Below, one piece after another: positions 1 to 13,511 of a DNA stretch of 64,000 nucleotides. The notes under the pieces were generated by a model. It was not told the DNA's origin. It saw nothing but the letters and a program-made list of their open reading frames with translations, and searched no databases. Within the stretch, counting starts at the first letter, position 1. Each line of letters starts with the position of its first letter. This DNA is from Rhizodiscina lignyota (taxonomy: Eukaryota): positions 310,001 through 374,000 of the forward strand of contig ML978123.1 of the NCBI GenBank assembly GCA_010015805.1. The letters are read 5' to 3'. Both the position numbers and the translations under genes were made by a program.

Positions 1-1400
1 GAAATTCTGCCCAAGGTTCGACTGCTTGTGGACAGCATTACTCTTCGACGCCTCAAGGACAAGATCGATCTTCCACAGCGACATGACAATTACGTATACC
101 TCGACTTTACGGCTGACGAGCGCAAGCTTTACCAATTCTTCGCCCAAGAATCTGCGAAACAGATTAGGATTGCTACCAATGGTGGCACGAGTGGACTCAA
201 GAACAAATCTTTCGCCCATATGCTCAAGTGCATTCTCCGTCTTCGACAGATCTGTGCACATGGCTTAGATCTTCTTACGGATGAGGATATCAAGATGACG
301 GAAGGCCTCAGCGCGGACAATGCTATCGACATCCTCGACGAAGACGATGATGACAACGGCGTAGAGCAGAAGCCAATCATGACTAAATACCAAGCATACG
401 ATATGGTCGGCCTGCTTCGCGAGAGTGACATGGCAGTTTGCTCTAAATGTCGGAATGCAATCGACGTCAACGAGGCCAAGCCCGCCGGTCCAGAGGAGCC
501 AGCCCCAGCGATCACCGTCGAATCATCAGAAACTGAAGAGGAAGTAGTCGAAAACACCCTCGGCTTCATGACTCCCTGCTATCAGATCATCTGCCCAGCC
601 TGTATCGACGACTTCCGCAAAGAGATTGACGATAGGAGGGCCACCGAAAAGCCAGACTGCGCTACTTGCCCTCTCTGCGAGCAGTTCATCCGTGTTGGAT
701 TCTACGAATTGAAGCGCGATGAGCTTCGAGAAGACCAGGAGGCTCGACGACGCCTCAGGGATGATCCGAAGGCAGCGAGAAAACTGGGTCGGTACAGTGG
801 TCCCCACACGAAGACCCGTGCTCTTGTGGACTCATTGAAGATCGACGAAGCCTGGAGCAAGGAGCATCCTGATGAGGCGCCCATCAAGAGGTAAGTTCCC
901 AATTCTACCAAAGCTTGTATATAAAGCTGACGTTCCACAGCGTTGTCTTCTCCGGCTGGACTTCCCACCTCGACCTGATCTCCATAGCTCTCACAGCCAA
1001 CGGCATCAAACACTGCCAACTCGTCGGCAGCATGTCCCGTACCCAGCGCGCCTCCGCACTCTACACCTTCGCCGAAGATCCCACCGTGACGGTCATCCTG
1101 GTGTCCATCACAGCCGGTGGTCTTGGTCTCAATCTCACCGCGGCAAACAAGGCATACGTGATGGAGCCACAATTCAATCCAGCTGCCGAGGCGCAGGCTG
1201 TCGACCGTGTGCATCGTCTGGGCCAGAAGCGCGATGTGTACATCACAAGATACATCATACAGAACAGCTTCGAGCTGAAGATGGTGGACCTGCAGAATAA
1301 GAAGAGGAAGTTGGCTGATTTGACCACTGGCAAGGGCAAGTTGAACAGGTCGGAGGAGCTGAAGAAGAGTCTTGAGGATCTCAAGGATCTTTTCAAGTAA
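1..1400 (+). CDS. SNF2-family helicase with RING finger (Rad5/Rad16/HLTF-like), 5'-truncated by the window edge
   Basis: LRRLKDKIDLP...ILRLRQICAH (end of SNF2_N), split RING CSKC...CYQIICPAC...CPLC, and helicase-C motifs VVFSGWTSHLDL, GGLGLNLTAA, MEPQFNPAAEAQAVDRVHRLGQ. Intron 891-940 (GTAAGT...CAG) joins the two ORFs in frame. Confidence 0.9.
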
Positions 1401-1843
1401 ACTTGCCGGATGACCGACGAGGAGGCGTCAATGGGAACTTGCAATGGGTTATTTGATTTTGGATGGACGGAGTTTCTCTCATGCATGTTTAACGGCTAGA
1501 CACACTGATCGGCCTGGGAAGGTTGAGTTCACCAGCATGAAACCTCAACTAGATGGGACGGCGTTTTATTTCCGTGGTAACATCAGCATATTTTCGAAGC
1601 CACAGCTTCCTGCACAAAAGGCTTCGGAAAATATCTGCTCCCATTTTGAGGATTCCAGGCATCATACAAGCGTCTCATGTATACTAGATTTAAGACTTCT
1701 GGCTTTCTGGCTAATGAGGATGATTGGCGTTCGATACGTCATCGTCTATATCATTCTAGCCCGCATGATCTCAAATGATTGGTGCTGCAAATAGACGATC
1801 TCTTTCAACTCTTATGTGCAAAGCATAAGCGACCATCACCATC

Positions 1844-3909
1844 TCATGAACTCTGTGCCTCAACCGTCGTCTTCTTCCCCTTCCTTGAGCGTTTCTTCTT
1901 CCCGCTCTTCTCAATCCTTCCATCCTTCACACCACCATCTACCCCACCCTTCGCGCTTCCACCATTAGGCGCATCAATCTTCACACCCTCCTCATTGCCA
2001 AACGTCTCCTTCCTCCACTCCCTCAATCTCGCCTTCTTACTCAACCTCTTCTTATCCTTCCTCTTGCGCTCCGGATCTCTAAAGCTCGCTAGCTTCTTCA
2101 GCCCGACGAAGTTGTTCAGCTGCGCGTCGCTGGCCGTCAGGATGTCCAGCGGCGTGAGGCCGAAGGCGATAGGTGATGTCTCGCGGTAGTGGAAAAGCGT
2201 ATTCTCTTTTTTACCGGATTTTGTGGTAGATGAGGTGGCCATATCGACGTCGAGGGACTGCTCGACGAGCGTCTCGATGATGCGCCGGTCGCGCTTGGCG
2301 GTTTTTTTGGCGTCTTGCTGGGCGCGGAGGCGGGCCTTTTTCGCGGATTTAGAGGAGGATTTTTTAGTGTTCGTTTGGTCCTCGTCATCTGAATCGATGT
2401 CTTCGGCACCGTTTGTGGCAGGCGCCTCATCGTCTGAGAGGGTGAATGCGGGCTTGTCGTCATCTTCTTTGAAATCGGGGACAATGTCGTTGATATCGAT
2501 ATCGTCGTCCCACTTTGGTTTCTTAGTCTTGCTGTGCTTGGTCTCTTCCGCCTCCCCCTCCTCATCATCGTCGTCGTCGTCTTCTAATGCTCTTCCCTTA
2601 TCGGCCGCAGCATAATAACCCTCGCCAAACCTCTTCTTCATCACATCCTCCCACTTCTCATCGTCCCAGTCCTCCTCCAACATCCCCGCCCACTCCTGCA
2701 AATCCACATCCTGTCCCCTCAGCCCCGCCGACTGCCTAATCTTCTCAACCCTCTGCTCCATCTCTTCAATCTTCAACTTCCTCAGTCTCGCCTTCTCCTC
2801 CTCCACCTCCCTTTTTGCCTCCTCTTTCTTCATTCTCTCATTCTCTCTCGTCTTCTTCCTCCCACTCAACTCCTCCCTGCGCACAGACTTCTTCGCGACA
2901 GTATCACGGGAGTACGTCATCAGCTTCTCGTTAGCAGCCGATGGATCCTCGAAGCGCATGTTATACGCCTGCTCGAACTCCTCTGCGCGCGCGTCTTCCG
3001 ATTCGTCATCGGATTCGAAGGGGTGAAGCGCGCCGCGCTCAGCGGGGACCCAGGCGCGCGAGGCAAAAAAATTGGAGAGGAAGGTCTCGGGGTCTTTGTC
3101 AGCGGATTCGACGTCTGGGACTGAGGGTTTGGTGGTCGGTGCGTCGCTGTCCTTCACTGGTTTCTCTTTGCGCACGAGGAAGGCGTCCTCATTATCATCG
3201 TCTGCGTCGTCCTCTGCAGCTGCGTGCATCTCTTTGACGAGAGCGTCCTCCATCTCCTGCTCCTCCTGTGCGTATGACTTGAACGGGTTGGCTGGCTCAT
3301 CTTCGTCTTCTGACCCGACGTTGCCTTCAAGGATGTTCTTCCTATGATAGTCTCGCAAATGCATTGGCTTCTCCTTCTTTGCACCCGTCTTCGCATCATT
3401 CTCTTCGTCGATTGCTGAGTAAAATTTCGAGCTTTTGTCGTAAACTCGAGGATCTTTGGAGCGGATGGCATTGAGGGTGGCAGATATTTCGGCGTCAAGG
3501 CGCTCAGTCGCGAGCTCGCCTTCGTCATCTTCGGATTCTGATGTAGACTCGTCGGAGTCATCGTCTCCGTTGTCCTCCTTGCGAGATGTCTTTGGTTTCG
3601 ACTTGCCATACTTTTCTTCCACTAGATATATCAATTAGCCAAAATAGAAATTGGTACAGCAGGGTAAAACTTACGTCTATGGAGCTCCGCCCTCTTCGCA
3701 TTATGTTCGAATCGCTTTGCATACTCCTCGTTAACTTTGAAGCCATCGCCATTCTCAAGAGCTACACCTCCATCAGAGTCGTCCTCGAAATCATCGATTA
3801 GCTTTGCGCGCTTTGGAGAGTGGGCTCGTTCTGGGGCTGGTTCTGTTGGAAGCGCATTGAAGTCTTCTCCAGCTTCCTTTCGTTTCTTCTGGGAATTTTT
3901 TGGCGCCAT
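1844..3909 (-). CDS. KRI1: Ribosome biogenesis protein Kri1
   Basis: FKVNEEYAKRFEHNAKRAELHRLEEKYG across intron 3622-3674, plus YNMRFEDP and the C-terminal FHYRETSPIAFGLTPLDILTASDAQLNNFVGLKKLASFR. Highly acidic/basic composition. Confidence 0.92.
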
Positions 3910-4218
3910 CTTGGAGGGTTGTGGGTGTGCTTGGATGAGGTTCAGAGATGGGTAACAATTTTTCGGTGGAGTTAAATTTCGAGCGTGGGACTTTAACCAA
4001 TTTATTGACAAAACGTTCTACAACCGAGTTAGAGACACAATACCCCCTTGGCGCGCCCTGGCGTCATCGTCAGCTGCACTGACCTCGAGCTCTCCACCAG
4101 CGTGCAGGGGCCAGCCCAAGCTCCAACCTCTCCACGAGTCCACCACGCGTTATCCACGGGTCGCGGCATCTACTCCTCCATACTCCGCTCGCCATGATTT
4201 GAAAGCTGCCATACTACC

Positions 4219-7200
4219 ATGGCAGACGAGCAGGCTCAACAGCAACCTGCACTCACACAGGTCGCGCGGCCATTGAGCTTGATGTATGTGCGCGCCTTTC
4301 GTCCGTTCCTCTCCAAGTTTTCTCTACGATGCTAAATGTTTCATCGTAAAGCCCAGTTACTATAAAAGAAGCCGCATTAGACTCACCCACCTTTCGCGCC
4401 ACTGCCCTCCATTTCTCCGAACAGATCGAGCTCATCGAGCGCTGGCTGGATAACTACGTCAAGGCCGCTTCAAAGCTGTGCTCCGAGGCGTCGACGTTAG
4501 AGAACCTCGTCAACGCGTTTCTTACCAGCGCTGCACCGCCGCCGTCGGTATCAGAGGCTGTCTTAGACCATGACTACACGTTACTGGCCTTGCGGCGGTA
4601 TGGTGACGGCTCGCGAGAGTGGTGGAACCAGACGCTGCGAGGCGTAAAGAGACTCGAGAGTGCGGTATGCGAGCCTGTAAGACAGTTCCTGCAGAATGAT
4701 ATGAGGAGTTTGAAAGAGGCGAGGCGGAATCTGGAGAATGCGCAGCGCACGTTTGATGGGCTAATTGGGCGGTATGCGAGCCAGTCGAAGACGAAAGAGG
4801 CGTCGTCGCTGAGGGAAGATGCGTTCCAGCTACATGAGAGTCGGAAGCTGTATCTCAAGGCGTCGATGGACTTCTGCGTGCTGGCACCGCAGGTTCGTGC
4901 CACGCTGGATCAGCTGCTTGTGCGGATTATATCAGAGCAGTGGAAGGACATGAAGAGTTCGAGAGAAAATACCACAGCCTCTTTTGCAAAGTGGACGGGC
5001 GAGATGGACAGGATTCGTGGATGGAGCAAGGAGATGGAGGCGGGTGAGAGAGTCTTCAAGAGAGAGCTGCACATGGCAAGAAAGCAGATTGAGGACAGTG
5101 CCGAGCACGGCGTTCGACCATCTCGGGAGCTAGATGACTATGCTTTATCTACTGTTCCGTACCTAGGCACTGCTCCACCGACAACCTCGAAGCAAAACAC
5201 GCATGAGAAGGCCGAGAAGCAAAGCTGGTTGTTTCAGCGAACAATCAGCGGTAAACCAGCAAGAACGATCTGGGTCCGCAGGTGGTTCTTCGTCAAGAAT
5301 GGCATCTTTGGATGGTTGGTGCAAGGGGCTAGGTCCGGCGCTGTAGAAGAGTCGGAAAAGATTGGTGTCCTGCTCTGTGGTGTGCGCCCTGCATTTCAGG
5401 AAGAGCGCCGATTCTGCTTCGAAGTCAAGACGAAGGACAGCACCATTATGCTGCAGGCCGAAACTCAGAACGAACTGACCGAGTGGATCTCCGCGTTCGA
5501 GGTCGCAAAGCGGAAGGCGCTTGAAGATCCCGCCAGTACCGATTTATCTGCTGGTGGAAACTCGTCAGTCATTGATCCCGCCTTTGCGATCAGCCCTCCA
5601 ATTGCGCCAGAGCTTGCTGCGAGAACAGGTGAAGGCCATGCTAGCCAAGGCAGTGAAGACATCTCTGTCGAAAGGACCGGTACATTGCCCGTTCCTGATC
5701 GTGATGGCACAGGCGGTTTAGCCACCCGTGCTTCCTTTGACGTGACTCAAAGGCGACCCTTTGAAGCTCCTGAGAGTTCCCGCGATCAGTATGCTCGCAT
5801 CATACAGAAGCTCGATCTGCATCGCAAGTCCACGGCAACACCTCAGCTGTCCAGTTCAGCGCAAGGATCGCCAGCTCCCGGGGGAATTGCAAGCTTGATC
5901 ACTGCAAGCCACGCTATCATGCCTGTTGGTCCTGGAGCTGTACAATCACCCGCAGTTGCAGAAACAAAGAATCCGATCAATTTCAACGCACTGGCAGTCA
6001 GCACGCTAGCGCCTTCAACTCTAGCTTATCCACCGGCTCCCACGAACCTCAGCAAGACAGCCGTTGTCATCAGTGGCGAACGTGGTCTTTCTGCAGGAAA
6101 ACAAGACGGAGGTATGCCTGGAGGCCTTCTAGCAAACTTATGGGGGACAAATAACTGGGGCTGGCTCGCTCGCCTTGAGAGGGGAGAAACTCGCTCCGAA
6201 ATAGTTGGACAGAATCCCTCACCGTCGAAACCACCGACTCCTGGATTGAAGCCAGAGTTGACTATTCCTGAGGGCACTACTGCTGATAGTGGAAGTTTAA
6301 ACGATGAGAACCGCTCACATTCTCCCTCACCCTCGCCGAAGCCAAGATCAAGGTCTCCTTCGTTACCGTCCGGTCCGTCCCACAGGAAGACGGCCAGTGC
6401 GTTCGCCGAGACGCCTAAACTTCCAACCATTGTGACTGCGGTCGAAGACTACCCAAACTACTACCCGATCCAACTAAAAGCACAAGATGCCCAATTTCGG
6501 CTCCTCTTCCCCTACGTCCCTCGTGGCGACACTCTCGTCCTCGTCTTCAGAGCAACCTGGAACCCCAACGACCAGCAAGAATTCCCCGGCCGTGTCTATG
6601 TCACACTAAACAACATCTTCTTCTACAGCCACCATCTCGGTCTCGTCCTCATCACTTCCATCGCCCTCTCCTCCATCACTGAAGTCACCGCCGCCCCCGG
6701 TCGCGACTGCGACTTCTTGTTCTTGCACTTCAAAGAAGGTGTGCGACAAGACGGCGCTAGCCGCGTCACCATCAAGACCTTTCTCGAACCGCTCAAGCTG
6801 CTCCAGCGCCGTCTGAACTATCTCGTGCGCAATTGCAACGCCGAAACCGAAACCCCGCAGAGCCTCGAGGAGATCATCAAGGCGCTCATCAGGATGGAAG
6901 TCGACGACGCCGCCGCGTCGCCCAGCATAGACAGTTGGGAAGACGTCGATATCGCCACTCCCATAGACGGTATGCCTGCATCACGGCGCGACCAAGACGT
7001 GAAAGCATCCTTACGCATCGACGGCACTCTCTACCGTGACGAGGCAGGTGCCGCCGCAGTCAGCAAGAACGCCACGAAATTCAAGCTCCCCGCGCAGCCG
7101 GTCTTATACACCCCACAGGGTATGGCCGCCCCTGCGCTCGAGCGCGAACTCAACATCAGTGCAAAGTCCCTCTTCCACGTGCTCTGCGGTGACAAGTCTG

Positions 7201-8594
7201 CTGTCTTCCAGATCCTGTATTGCACCCTGTGCGCCTCGAAGCTCATCCAAACGCCATGGAAACAGCCCTCCGCAACGGGGCACTACCGCCGCGAGTTCCA
7301 GTACCAGGTCTCTAAGTCTGGACAGTCCGTAACAGACCACCAGGTGATAGACGTGTACAACGACCACCTGTGTTACGTCATCACGCACCGCGGTGTACCG
7401 TGGTACTTGCCCAGCGTCGCGTCGTTCAACCTCCTCACGAAGATCGTGATAACCCACGTCTCCAAGGCGCGATGCAAACTCGCTGTCTTCACGAAAGTCG
7501 AGTGGGTCGCGCGCCCGCTGATGGGACAGCGCCTGATCAACGCCCGCGCGCAGCGCGATTTGAACCTCATCGCATTAAGCCTTGCAGACCTGCTTGAGGA
7601 TCAGGCGGGACGAGTCAAGTCCTCCAGCGTGACAAGTAATTCTAGTACCCGCAAAGCCCTCGCCGTCTTCGGGCATGTTGGCGTCGCTACCTCCGCTCAA
7701 CAACTATCAGCTAGCGACGTCCCACCGTCATCCCGCCTGCAGCGGCTAAGGCTCCAGCGCACAAGCCTTGCGGCTCTGGGCTTCGAAGTCGGTCGCGCGG
7801 TCCTCGGAGACGTGATTTCCGCCTTACTAGGTGCGGTTGTCGCAGGCCTACAAACTATCATCAAGACGGTGTCCGCGCACGGACTGCTCGTTGCGCTACT
7901 CGCCTTAAGCGCCATGGCGAATCTGTTCCTCGGGCACAGGGAGGGTTGGGCGTGGTGGCGGGAGCACAGTGCGCTAAAGTACATGGGACGCTTAGGGGTG
8001 GGAAGTGGGAATGCCATGGTGATGGGGCGGGCGGTGTGGTTGCGAGATGTCGAGGCGTATGTGGGAAATGCAACTGTTGGTGGTACGGACGTGGGAGAGA
8101 AGATGGCGTGGACGATTACGGGTTTGCAGGACCCGATTGTCGATGTGCTGCAGCCGAATAGGGATGGGGAGGGGAATAAGTGCGTCGCGACGTTTAGAGC
8201 GCTATTGAGTGCGGGAGAGACGTCAGGCAGCAGCGGGTTCTCGCCGTTGGAGCCGTTTGCTTCGTCCGTGCCGCAGCAGACTTCGACGACGCTGTCTAAT
8301 CGTCTGCAGCGCACGAGAAACAATCTCGCGACGTACAGACACGATCTGCTCGTCGCCATGCGTGTGGTGAACCGCGTGGAGAAGGAGGTCGTGCAAGCAG
8401 AGTACGAGGCGTGGGTTGATGAAGAAGCCAGACGATGTCGAAGGGTGGGCAAGATGATTGTTGAAAGAGAAGAAAATAAGAGCAAACAGATCACGAATGA
8501 TAAAGGTTGGGATAGTCTGAAGAGTGGCTGGAAAGAATATTGCGGCGATTGCATTGGTGCCGCTGGGGACTTGGATGGCAACGGTTTGATATAG
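4219..8594 (+). CDS. SIP3: Sip3/Lam1-type BAR-PH-GRAM-VASt membrane-contact lipid-transfer protein
   Basis: Exon 1 at 4219-4283 and intron 4284-4351 give LIPVTIKEAALDSPTFRA (BAR start). PH domain WVRRWFFVKNGIFGWL...WISAFEVAKR, GRAM-like QQEFPGRVYVT, VASt region and a C-terminal TM helix follow. Confidence 0.85.
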
Positions 8595-8755
8595 GTTCAC
8601 GGCCTTGGAGGGTATACCCTGTTTATGATAAATGCATCGGATGGGGACGTGTAAATTCACGGCTGTAAATGATGTTCATAAATGCCTTTCGCTCGAGAAA
8701 TTTGTACATTACCTGAAATCGTACAAATTTTTGCAGAACTCACCTCTCCTCACTC

Positions 8756-11254
8756 CTAAATGTCGTCCTTCATCCCCCTTCCACAGGCCCCCCGTAGCGC
8801 CAAACCTGCCCAATGCGCCCCAACAACTGGCCTCGCAAAGAACCGCACGCCGCCACCCCATCCGCCATCCTCGTCCTCCGTCTCGAAGAGGTCGGTCAGC
8901 GGCAGGTCTGTGGCGGTGCTGTTCACCCAGTGCGCGTAGCGATCCAGAATCTCTCTGCGGAGAGATGGATGGACGATGGCCGCGGCGTTGAAAAGCCAGT
9001 CCGATTTGGCGTATAAGTGTCTCGAGTCGAGTGGAAGGCCGTATCGCTGCAGGGTGAGGCCATAAAATTTGGATTGGGCGGTGTATATGGGGTGCGGAAT
9101 GAAGTCGCTTGTACGATTGTTTGAGGACTTAGGGACAGAGAGAGGTTGTTGGGCTGACGGGTCTTGCAGCGGTGCGCTGGGGCCGTGTGTGTCTTGAGAG
9201 GGTGCAGTGATCGTCGGGTGGAAGCATAGCAGGGTATCGGCGTAAAGCGAGTATAGTGTCGTCCAGCTGCCGTACCAATTGTACGCCAACTTAATGTGTG
9301 TACCATCTCTTGATGTTGCGAAGTCCTGCCACTTGGCAACATAAGTTGTCGAAATGTTTTTGTAATATTTCGCGTCTCCGTCGTAGCCTCCTTTCGCTGC
9401 AAGTTCGCTCATCGCGTTGATGCCGATGATGCCCTTCAATGCAAGGTTGGAGTGCAGTGCTAGCCAGCCGGCGAAGTCGTCTGTGGAGAGCTGGTTGTGT
9501 GGTTCGAGGCTGAATTCGACGAGGTAGGCCGTCCACTGCTTCAATAGGCTATAAGTTCTGCTGAGCCATTTATCTGCCAGTTTCTCGCCTCTTTTGCCCC
9601 CGCCCCATCGATCATCTACATCTGGGACTTCATTTCCATTTTCTGCTCGTTTGAGCGGAAAGATCGATGTTGGTTCGTTGGACTGGGAGTTTCTGGATCC
9701 TTGGCTTGACCAGTGAGAGCTGGCTGCAGATTCTTCTTCATATTCCAACGACTGTACCAACGCCAGCGACATGATGAGCATATCTCCACACTCTTCCACA
9801 GGCATGTATTCGTCCTGACCGTCTGCATGCCCCGTCATGTTCGGGAAGTGTGAACCCAGATCGTGCATGCTGTACTTGTTCGGATACTGCCCACTAAGCT
9901 GATGTTCCAGCAACGGCTCGAGCAAATATGCCAGCCAGCGCGGACTTGTATATAAGAAGAACGGGATAGATGGGAAGATCACGTCCACAGTCTGACAATT
10001 CCCGTTTGAAGATATCTCCTTCAGGAAAAGAATCGGATCTTCCGGCGTTCCCGAGAAAGATGTCGCGCCCATTACCTGTCGAGCTGACAATGCGAGTACG
10101 TCGGCGTAGTCAGTGCCACCGTATGCTTCTGCGTCGACGGAGAGCTGCTCAGAGTAGTTGCGTGCTAGATACACCGCGTTATAGAAGTCCAGATAATGGT
10201 AAGACAACATCTCGCTCTCAGTGCTGAACCACGACTTCCACAGCGGGCGCATGTGCGTCAACCCACGAGCTGATGCATACTGCACCACAGGGTCTTGTAT
10301 GTGGGCGATTGTAAATGTCACGCTGTCTTCCACGCTCTTTTGAAGGCCCTTTTTTGAAGCTAGCTTGAATGACTTTGAGAACGCAAACACCGGCTCCTCA
10401 TCCATGATGCTCCGAAACCCATTGTCGATCTCATTCTGAAGTGTTCCCGTCCTCGAGAACCTCCCTCGAACCCTCGCTGCTGACCCGCTCTCGTGGCGCA
10501 CGTTCGAGGGCGCAGTGAAGTACAGCGTTCCCCATTCTGCCCTATCTTCTGTTTCCTCGAACAGCTTCTCTTCCTGCCTCCTGACACTCCATCTCTTCAG
10601 CGGTACCAAGCTGGTGTCTTGCGCAAACTCCCATTCCAGCTTGCTCTTCTCGATACCGCTGACCCACTGGCCATTTATATCGACGTAAATGTCGACGTTA
10701 AATGAGCCTTTTACATAGACTGTGAGATATGAAGCTGGGATCGATTGACGAAGGGTCGAGGTAGGTGTGATTGGCGAAAGGAAGGAGAGGATAATCTCGA
10801 GAGGAGGTTCTGCGGCGTCGGGCGACAGAATCTCATACGTCAGATTCGTAGTTGAAGCATCGTAGTTCGCTCCGAGATAGACAGGATAGTTCACGGTGTA
10901 TTCGGCTTGCACCCACTCGTCAGAAGAATTGAGCGAGTCGTGCGGCCGGCCGAGCAATGGGTAGACGGTCGTGGTGTCTGAGATGGACGCGAGCACTGAG
11001 AATCCAATCTACCAGAAATCAGTCAACTGCTTTGGAATTATGTTCTACGGCCTATCTGCACGCACATCTTGTCCGAACCAAAACATTGGCCATCTCTGCC
11101 ACGGGGTCTCGCGTGCACTGGGAAGCCATGTGCTCAGGTACGGGTTGCGCACGATCAATGGCAGAACTGGTGGGGCCAGCGTCGAAGCGGCGACGACGCT
11201 GGCCAGGAGAGGATAGATTATGGCATTGAGAGCTGGCACTGAAGCTCTCATCAT
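8756..11254 (-). CDS. gtaA: Secreted glutaminase GtaA-family protein
   Basis: Signal peptide followed by PPVLPLIVRNPYLSTW. Intron 11009-11065. Motifs FLKEISSNGNCQTVDV, HDLGSHFPN, MPVEECGDM, QLSTDDFAG, YGLPLDSRH and FFARPVVG. The start could alternatively be 11272. Confidence 0.88.
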
Positions 11255-11445
11255 GCCTACAGACAATTTCATGAGCCCATCGCAATTGATTTATATTATA
11301 CAAACTCCTTTTCAAGCTGTCGGAAGCAAAGCTCCCAAAAAGTGACCGATGTGGGGGGAGCTTCGTTATGGACCACCCCTTGGAGTATCATAATCTTACA
11401 TCCACTAAACTTTTGAATCTCTTCTTGCAGACATCCTTAGACCCT

Positions 11446-12988
11446 TTAGAAAATCTCGCCATCCTTTTCCAACTGCTTGAGTTCGTCATCCAACTTCATC
11501 TCATTCAACTTCTTCTGCATGCTCTCGAGACTTCCCTTCTGCTTCAGTGCAAGCTCAGGAGTCGCAGTCCTCGACAGATTTTTAGGGCTCCTAATCCGCT
11601 TTGACGGAGAGTGAGCGGAGGCTTTGCGCTGGGACGGTAAGAACTGCTTTGAAGGAGGAATGGATAGTCTCTTCAGGTTCATGAACGGACTACCTTCGAT
11701 GGAGTTGCTTGAACTGCTTTTTGGTGCGCGCAGAGTCGGTTCATCTTCCTTTTTCTTTCCCTTGCTCTTGTCGTCGTCTTTTTCAGCAATGCCTTCAGGG
11801 CCTTCACCGCCACGTATGCCTGTCTTCTTGCCCGACTTGTTACTCGGAGTGATAGTAAGGATAGAGGAATTCTCGGATCTTGCTCCCGAGTCATAGTCTA
11901 CGCCCAGCGCGCGAAGTTCGTCTGCGGTCACATATCAGCACCCCTTGTAGTACATTTGCAACGAATATAACCCACCATAGGTGCGATAGAAGAACCGAAA
12001 CCTCATGAGCGGCTCGTCCTTCGGATCGATCAGCTTGAACTGGTAGAACCTCCTCGGCTGTCCTCGCTGCAGGACTCCTCCGTTATTGAGCCTACCACAA
12101 AGTTAGCCTGTCTTATGCATCGTCTCATTACTTTCCTGTTACTTACTCGATTCCCTTGCCTTTGCCGTCATCGAACTTCAGCCCATCAAACTTCCCCACT
12201 TGCGTCGGGATTCTCTTCATCCCATTCGCCCTCAGCACCTGGATCTCGATGTATCTCTCGGGCGCCAAGTCCGTAGGTGGATTGAAGCTCTTCTTCCTCA
12301 GCTTACTCGTCGCCTCTCTCTTACTCCAACTGCTCTTCTTCTCCACTCTCTTCTCTTTATCTCCCTTCACAATGCCCGCAGAATTGCCCTCGGCCTCGGC
12401 TCCCATAGGCGGCATAGGAAATCTCAGCATCCTCTTCTGCAGCGCCGTCTTGGCCTTCGACGTCCTCACTCCGCCCATATGATCCACATTCCTGCCCAGA
12501 ACATCAAACTTGGTCCCCTTGGCCCTGTCCGGATCCGGATCCTCATAGAGTGCCCACACCGTCTTGCCCTGCCATTCCTGCTTCTCGCCAAAGTTCCAAG
12601 TGACCACATGCGTCTTTCCGAGGCATAGCTTCATCACAAGCAACCGCTCTTCTTGATCTTCTCCATCCTTCTTCTCTGTGTCCTTCGTGTGCTGCTTCTC
12701 CGCATCCTTCTGCTCGGGGAAGAGATTCTGCACATCCTCAACCTTGTACTGAATCCAGAAGTTTGCGCCTGGTAGGGCGGGAACGTAAACGCTAACGATT
12801 TGACCTGCATCGTCGAAGAACTCGGGCATGTACTCGGAGGGTGTTGAAGAAGTGGTCGATGAGGTTGCACTCCAGCGTGTTCGTGACGGTGGACGGAACT
12901 CAGGAAGGCCGGCGGTGACGCTGGTCGTCAGGATGGTAGATAGGGAGTGCGAATGCAATTCAATGGTGATATCTCGATGGGTCGGCAT
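11446..12988 (-). CDS. Conserved fungal hypothetical protein (3 exons, low-complexity C-terminal tail)
   Basis: Exon 1 ORF (VSVYVPALPGANFWIQY...IEIQVLRANG) splices at 12146/12092 to LNNGGVLQRGQPRRFYQFKLIDPKDEPLMRFRFFYRTY, then to DELRALGV. Splice sites are canonical GT-AG. Confidence 0.7.
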
Positions 12989-13511
12989 CTCGAATATCGA
13001 CGTAAGGGAAGTAGAGAGAAACCTAATTCATTGAGAAAGGGTTGAATGTGGTTTGAGGAAAGTGGTGTTTAAACGAAGCCAGGCAAGTCGAGTCCCGCGA
13101 ACTCGTCAAGTTCGTTCCTTCCTCATGTCGATGTTGTGGCAAAGGAGTTGTACTGTGCTGGTTAGAGACATGGAGTGTTAAGGCTCACGTTAGGGTTTTA
13201 ATATAGCGTGAGGAGATCACCACGAACAATAGCAGAGAAGAGTTAGAAAGGAGAATGTGCCGTGTCACATCATCTTTCGAGAACTTAATCTATAGTAACA
13301 AATGATGCCCTGACTCCCGAAAAGGACCCACTTTTCATGCAGGCAGTAAAGAGTAAGGGAAAGCCTGCTGTGAACCGGCAACACGTCTTCGCTCGTCCCC
13401 CCCATGAATTGCATCATCATAAACCATCAAGTGCATATGCTCATCCCCCAAAACCACATCCCCTCGTCATACGATCTAGGAATGCAAGAAAGAGATTGAG
13501 GAGTGAACCGT